In this document: piece after piece, positions 61,094-64,000 of the stretch | Numbering within the stretch: position 1 is the stretch's first letter | Layout of the letters: each line of letters opens with the position of its first letter | DNA from: Spirochaetota bacterium | Lineage (GTDB): Bacteria; Spirochaetota; UBA4802; UBA5550 | DNA length: 64,000 nucleotides | NCBI GenBank assembly: GCA_963664815.2 | Contig: CAXXHB010000003.1 | Coordinates: forward strand, 2,624,001 to 2,688,000 | Direction: 5' to 3' | Made by a program: the position numbers and the translations under genes | Notes under the pieces: generated by a model | Told to the model about the DNA's origin: nothing | What the model saw: the letters and a program-made list of their open reading frames with translations, nothing else | The model's database searches: none

Positions 61094-63268
61094 CTATAGT
61101 TTTTTATTGTTTCTCAATGCAAAAATTACCATTTTCCGTATAATGCGCTCTCTCAACGATGCAGTTTTTGTAAGTTCCATATGTTCAAGAAATCTGTAAG
61201 CCCCTTTCGGTATTGGCCTCAAAAACTCGAGCAGAAGACCTCTGATCAGCTTACCCGGAGCTCCAGTAGTAAGCCCTTTCATAACTTTAAGAGAACCTCC
61301 TAGCGCAACTTCATCCGGTAATAAATCTGTACCAAACGGAAATGGCTGAAAATACCCCTGATCCTGATAAGGTTTAAGAAGTTTCAGAATCTTATCAGGG
61401 GTATTATGCAGGTATTCTTCAGGGATCTCATAATCCGGCCTGATTTTTTTAGCTTTTTTTGCCTGATCAAGAAGCTGTTTCTGGAACCTTGAATCGGCAA
61501 TATTAATCATAGCCATGATCACTTCTTCATCCGGTTTTCCCCTGACATCAGCTATTCCATATTCTGTAACGATGATATCTCTCATATGCCTCGGAATTGA
61601 GCAATGTCCATAACTGAATACAATGTTTGACTTAAGTGCTTTACCCACACCTTTAACGCTTTTAATCATCATTATTAACCGTCCATCAGGAAGCGCCTGA
61701 GCCATTGAAACAAAATTATACTGCCCCCCTATTCCGCTTACAACTCTTCCATCCTGAAGCTGATCTGAAGCTATAGAACCGAGAATACTTGCAGTCATTC
61801 CTGTATTTACAAATCTACCATCCTTACGCTGGAGAGCTCTCAGCTCTTCATCGCCGTATAACTGGTTTACCTTCTCAACCCCGGACATTCCGAAAAGCTG
61901 CCTCTCCTCTTCACTCATGTCATTAAGTGCCTTATAGAAAGATTGTGGCCCGAAATAAAAAGCTCCCAGTATGACTTTTCCACCTTTGAGTTCTTTCCCC
62001 AGAATTTTTCTTATTTTAACACTGTTTGCCTTGTTGTTTAAATCAACAGAATAGCCGATCTTACCATCCTTGATAACGGTTTTACTATATTTCAAGTCGC
62101 CGGTAATAATTCCGAACTCGGTAAGGAAATTGAAATCCTCCTCTGTTAATTTTGAGTGTATAGCCTTCATACTAATCAGCTTATCAATAATGTCAGCTGG
62201 TATCTTATCAGCGGCAAGCTCACCTTTATTAATCAGTTTCATGATAGGTACGCTTTCAAAGACTTTTCTCTTGAGTATTTTACTTTTATACATCTGCATA
62301 AAAGCATCTACAAACATCTCCGACGACCCATAAAGCCCCTGCTTGAATACTCCGGTATCTCCCCATGTTTTTATAAGATCTTTATTCCGTTCGGCTAAAC
62401 CTGATTTCTCGACAACTTCATTATATATTTTATTATGCTCATTCCGCATTATAAGTCCAGCTACGATTGCATCTCCAAGCGCACCAATACCCACCTGTAT
62501 TGTTCCCCCATCCCGAACCATTGTGCTCACATTAATACCGATCATATGATCAGACAATGCCACCGGATCTTTCGGTGCACCAAACAGATTATAGTTAAAC
62601 TGATCACCTTTAAGAATTATATCATATGAATGAGCATCCTGGACTGCATCTCCATACATAAATGGTAGTTTTACATTTGATTCGCCAATAATTGCAACTT
62701 TCTTCCCGGCAGCCCTCAGCTCATGCAGGGTTTGTACCGCCTCAACTGCAACATCTGTGTTGCAGCCCATAGAATACATAGTTTTCCCGTTTATTTCACG
62801 ATGCGTTATAAGCTGCCCAAAAACATTCGCACCGTAATCTATCGCATCACGGCAGCAATGTGTATAGTTAGAAGACAGGTGATGCATCTGGTAATGAGGT
62901 TCATTCAGATTTGCCCCAGCTTTACAGAAAAATTCATAAATATTAACATTCTTTGGCAGTTTACCATCTCTTAAATCAAGCATAAAATCAAAGTCAATCA
63001 CACCATCAAATACTCTCTCAGCAATTGGTTTTAAAAATCTTTTTTCAATTTCAGTATGTCCTCTCGGTTTTTCAAGAGGGAGAGCAGTAATAATTTTTAA
63101 ATTTATTTCCGGGTCCTCTTTTGCTCTTTTATACAACTCATTGGTAAAAAGAATTGGTTTCCCAAGTGCAAGAACCATTGCCAGCCTGATGTCCTTGCCT
63201 ATGTACTTGATTACCTGATCAACGCATTTAACTACATCGTTAGAAATAACGCCTGTTTTACCATTCAT
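61094..63268 (-). CDS. Long acetyl-CoA hydrolase/CoA-transferase family protein (paralogue 1)
   Basis: Same motifs as 58553..60727, same 724-aa length. Confidence 0.88.
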   Translation of the reverse strand: MNGKTGVISNDVVKCVDQVIKYIGKDIRLAMVLALGKPILFTNELYKRAKEDPEINLKIITALPLEKPRGHTEIEKRFLKPIAERVFDGVIDFDFMLDLRDGKLPKNVNIYEFFCKAGANLNEPHYQMHHLSSNYTHCCRDAIDYGANVFGQLITHREINGKTMYSMGCNTDVAVEAVQTLHELRAAGKKVAIIGESNVKLPFMYGDAVQDAHSYDIILKGDQFNYNLFGAPKDPVALSDHMIGINVSTMVRDGGTIQVGIGALGDAIVAGLIMRNEHNKIYNEVVEKSGLAERNKDLIKTWGDTGVFKQGLYGSSEMFVDAFMQMYKSKILKRKVFESVPIMKLINKGELAADKIPADIIDKLISMKAIHSKLTEEDFNFLTEFGIITGDLKYSKTVIKDGKIGYSVDLNNKANSVKIRKILGKELKGGKVILGAFYFGPQSFYKALNDMSEEERQLFGMSGVEKVNQLYGDEELRALQRKDGRFVNTGMTASILGSIASDQLQDGRVVSGIGGQYNFVSMAQALPDGRLIMMIKSVKGVGKALKSNIVFSYGHCSIPRHMRDIIVTEYGIADVRGKPDEEVIMAMINIADSRFQKQLLDQAKKAKKIRPDYEIPEEYLHNTPDKILKLLKPYQDQGYFQPFPFGTDLLPDEVALGGSLKVMKGLTTGAPGKLIRGLLLEFLRPIPKGAYRFLEHMELTKTASLRERIIRKMVIFALRNNKKL

Positions 63269-63904
63269 TTAATCACCTGCCATTTTTAATATTTTTGTGG
63301 ATAATAAAATTCTGACGACTCTATTCTATATAATTTCTGACTAGCAAATTTATATATTTAGTATAATAATTTAACTATTCCTGTTAAATTAAAAACGTAT
63401 TAATATATAAGTTTGTTTAAGTATAACATAATGCTTAGCAATTGTCAAAGAAAGAATTATGTTTTTTTATTTATTATATATTTTTTTATCATTTATCTGT
63501 GTTATCAGTAGATTAATAATTGATTTATATATGCCATATACATTTTTTACATGAATATTTTATTCTTTATCATATAAATAACAAACAAATAATTATTCAG
63601 AAAGTGGAGCAATCTCGCAGAATCTATTTCTCAATAAAGGGAGAGGTTTAAAACGAGTATAAATTTAATTCAGAAGCATGGCTGAAAATTATACCTGCCA
63701 TATTTTATGTATCAGACAAACATGAAAGCATAGATATTCCGGAGCTTTTTTAACTGCCAGACAGAATAAAATCACACTGTAAAAGCCAGATAAGATACAG
63801 TTTAATATTTTAAAACATCAGACAATATTAATAATTCCATTGCTGCTCAATTTCCTCTGGAGGTAAAACAGAAAGTGGTAAATAAGGCAATTCCTTCAAA
63901 ATTA

Positions 63905-64000
63905 TTATTTCTTTTTCTTAAGCATCTTTGCCAGAAATTGTCCGGTATATGATGAAGATATTTTACTGAGTTCTTCAGGAGTACCGCTCCCCAGTACTGA
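63905..64000 (-). CDS. uvrA: 3' end of excinuclease ABC subunit A (partial)
   Basis: Hand-translated SVLGSGTPEELSKISSSYTGQFLAKMLKKKK*, matching the UvrA C-terminal GTPEE...SYTG.FL motif. Confidence 0.75.
   Translation of the reverse strand, partial: SVLGSGTPEELSKISSSYTGQFLAKMLKKKK

Noticed and set aside
63700-63830. Recurring CAGACA/CAGATA words upstream of the CoA-transferase genes
   Set aside because: Short, irregularly spaced and divergent; not convincing as an array or iterons.

Overview
AT-rich bacterial chromosomal window; the gene set (cNMP-TPR-cNMP protein, HEAT-repeat protein, TPR-NHL-vWA protein, ECF sigma/FecR pair) suggests an anaerobic spirochaete, which is an inference. It is mostly housekeeping and metabolic: a six-gene Ehr/hydrogenase-4-like membrane complex led by an HTH-PTS-EIIA regulator, citrate synthase, pgi, purB-miaB-SPOR-mutS, leuCD, mcsA-mcsB-clpC, panE, degP, pcm, two anion transporters, two tandem CoA-transferase paralogues and the 3' end of uvrA. 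There is one intact IS3-family element (TAA target duplication, A9G frameshift). No rRNA, tRNA or CRISPR array was seen. The most notable observations are intact genes whose catalytic residues appear replaced: (1) a stand-alone Cas6e with no cas operon or array in the window; (2) a coupled pair of cNMP-GGDEF proteins whose active-site defects are complementary, suggesting an obligate heterodimeric cyclase; (3) an McsB lacking its arginine-kinase residues next to a ClpC with altered pArg pockets; (4) a CE7 esterase lacking Ser and His. Several long perfect intergenic inverted repeats and an unannotated 55-aa ORF were also found. Family assignments and residue equivalences come from motif recognition by eye, not from database searches.
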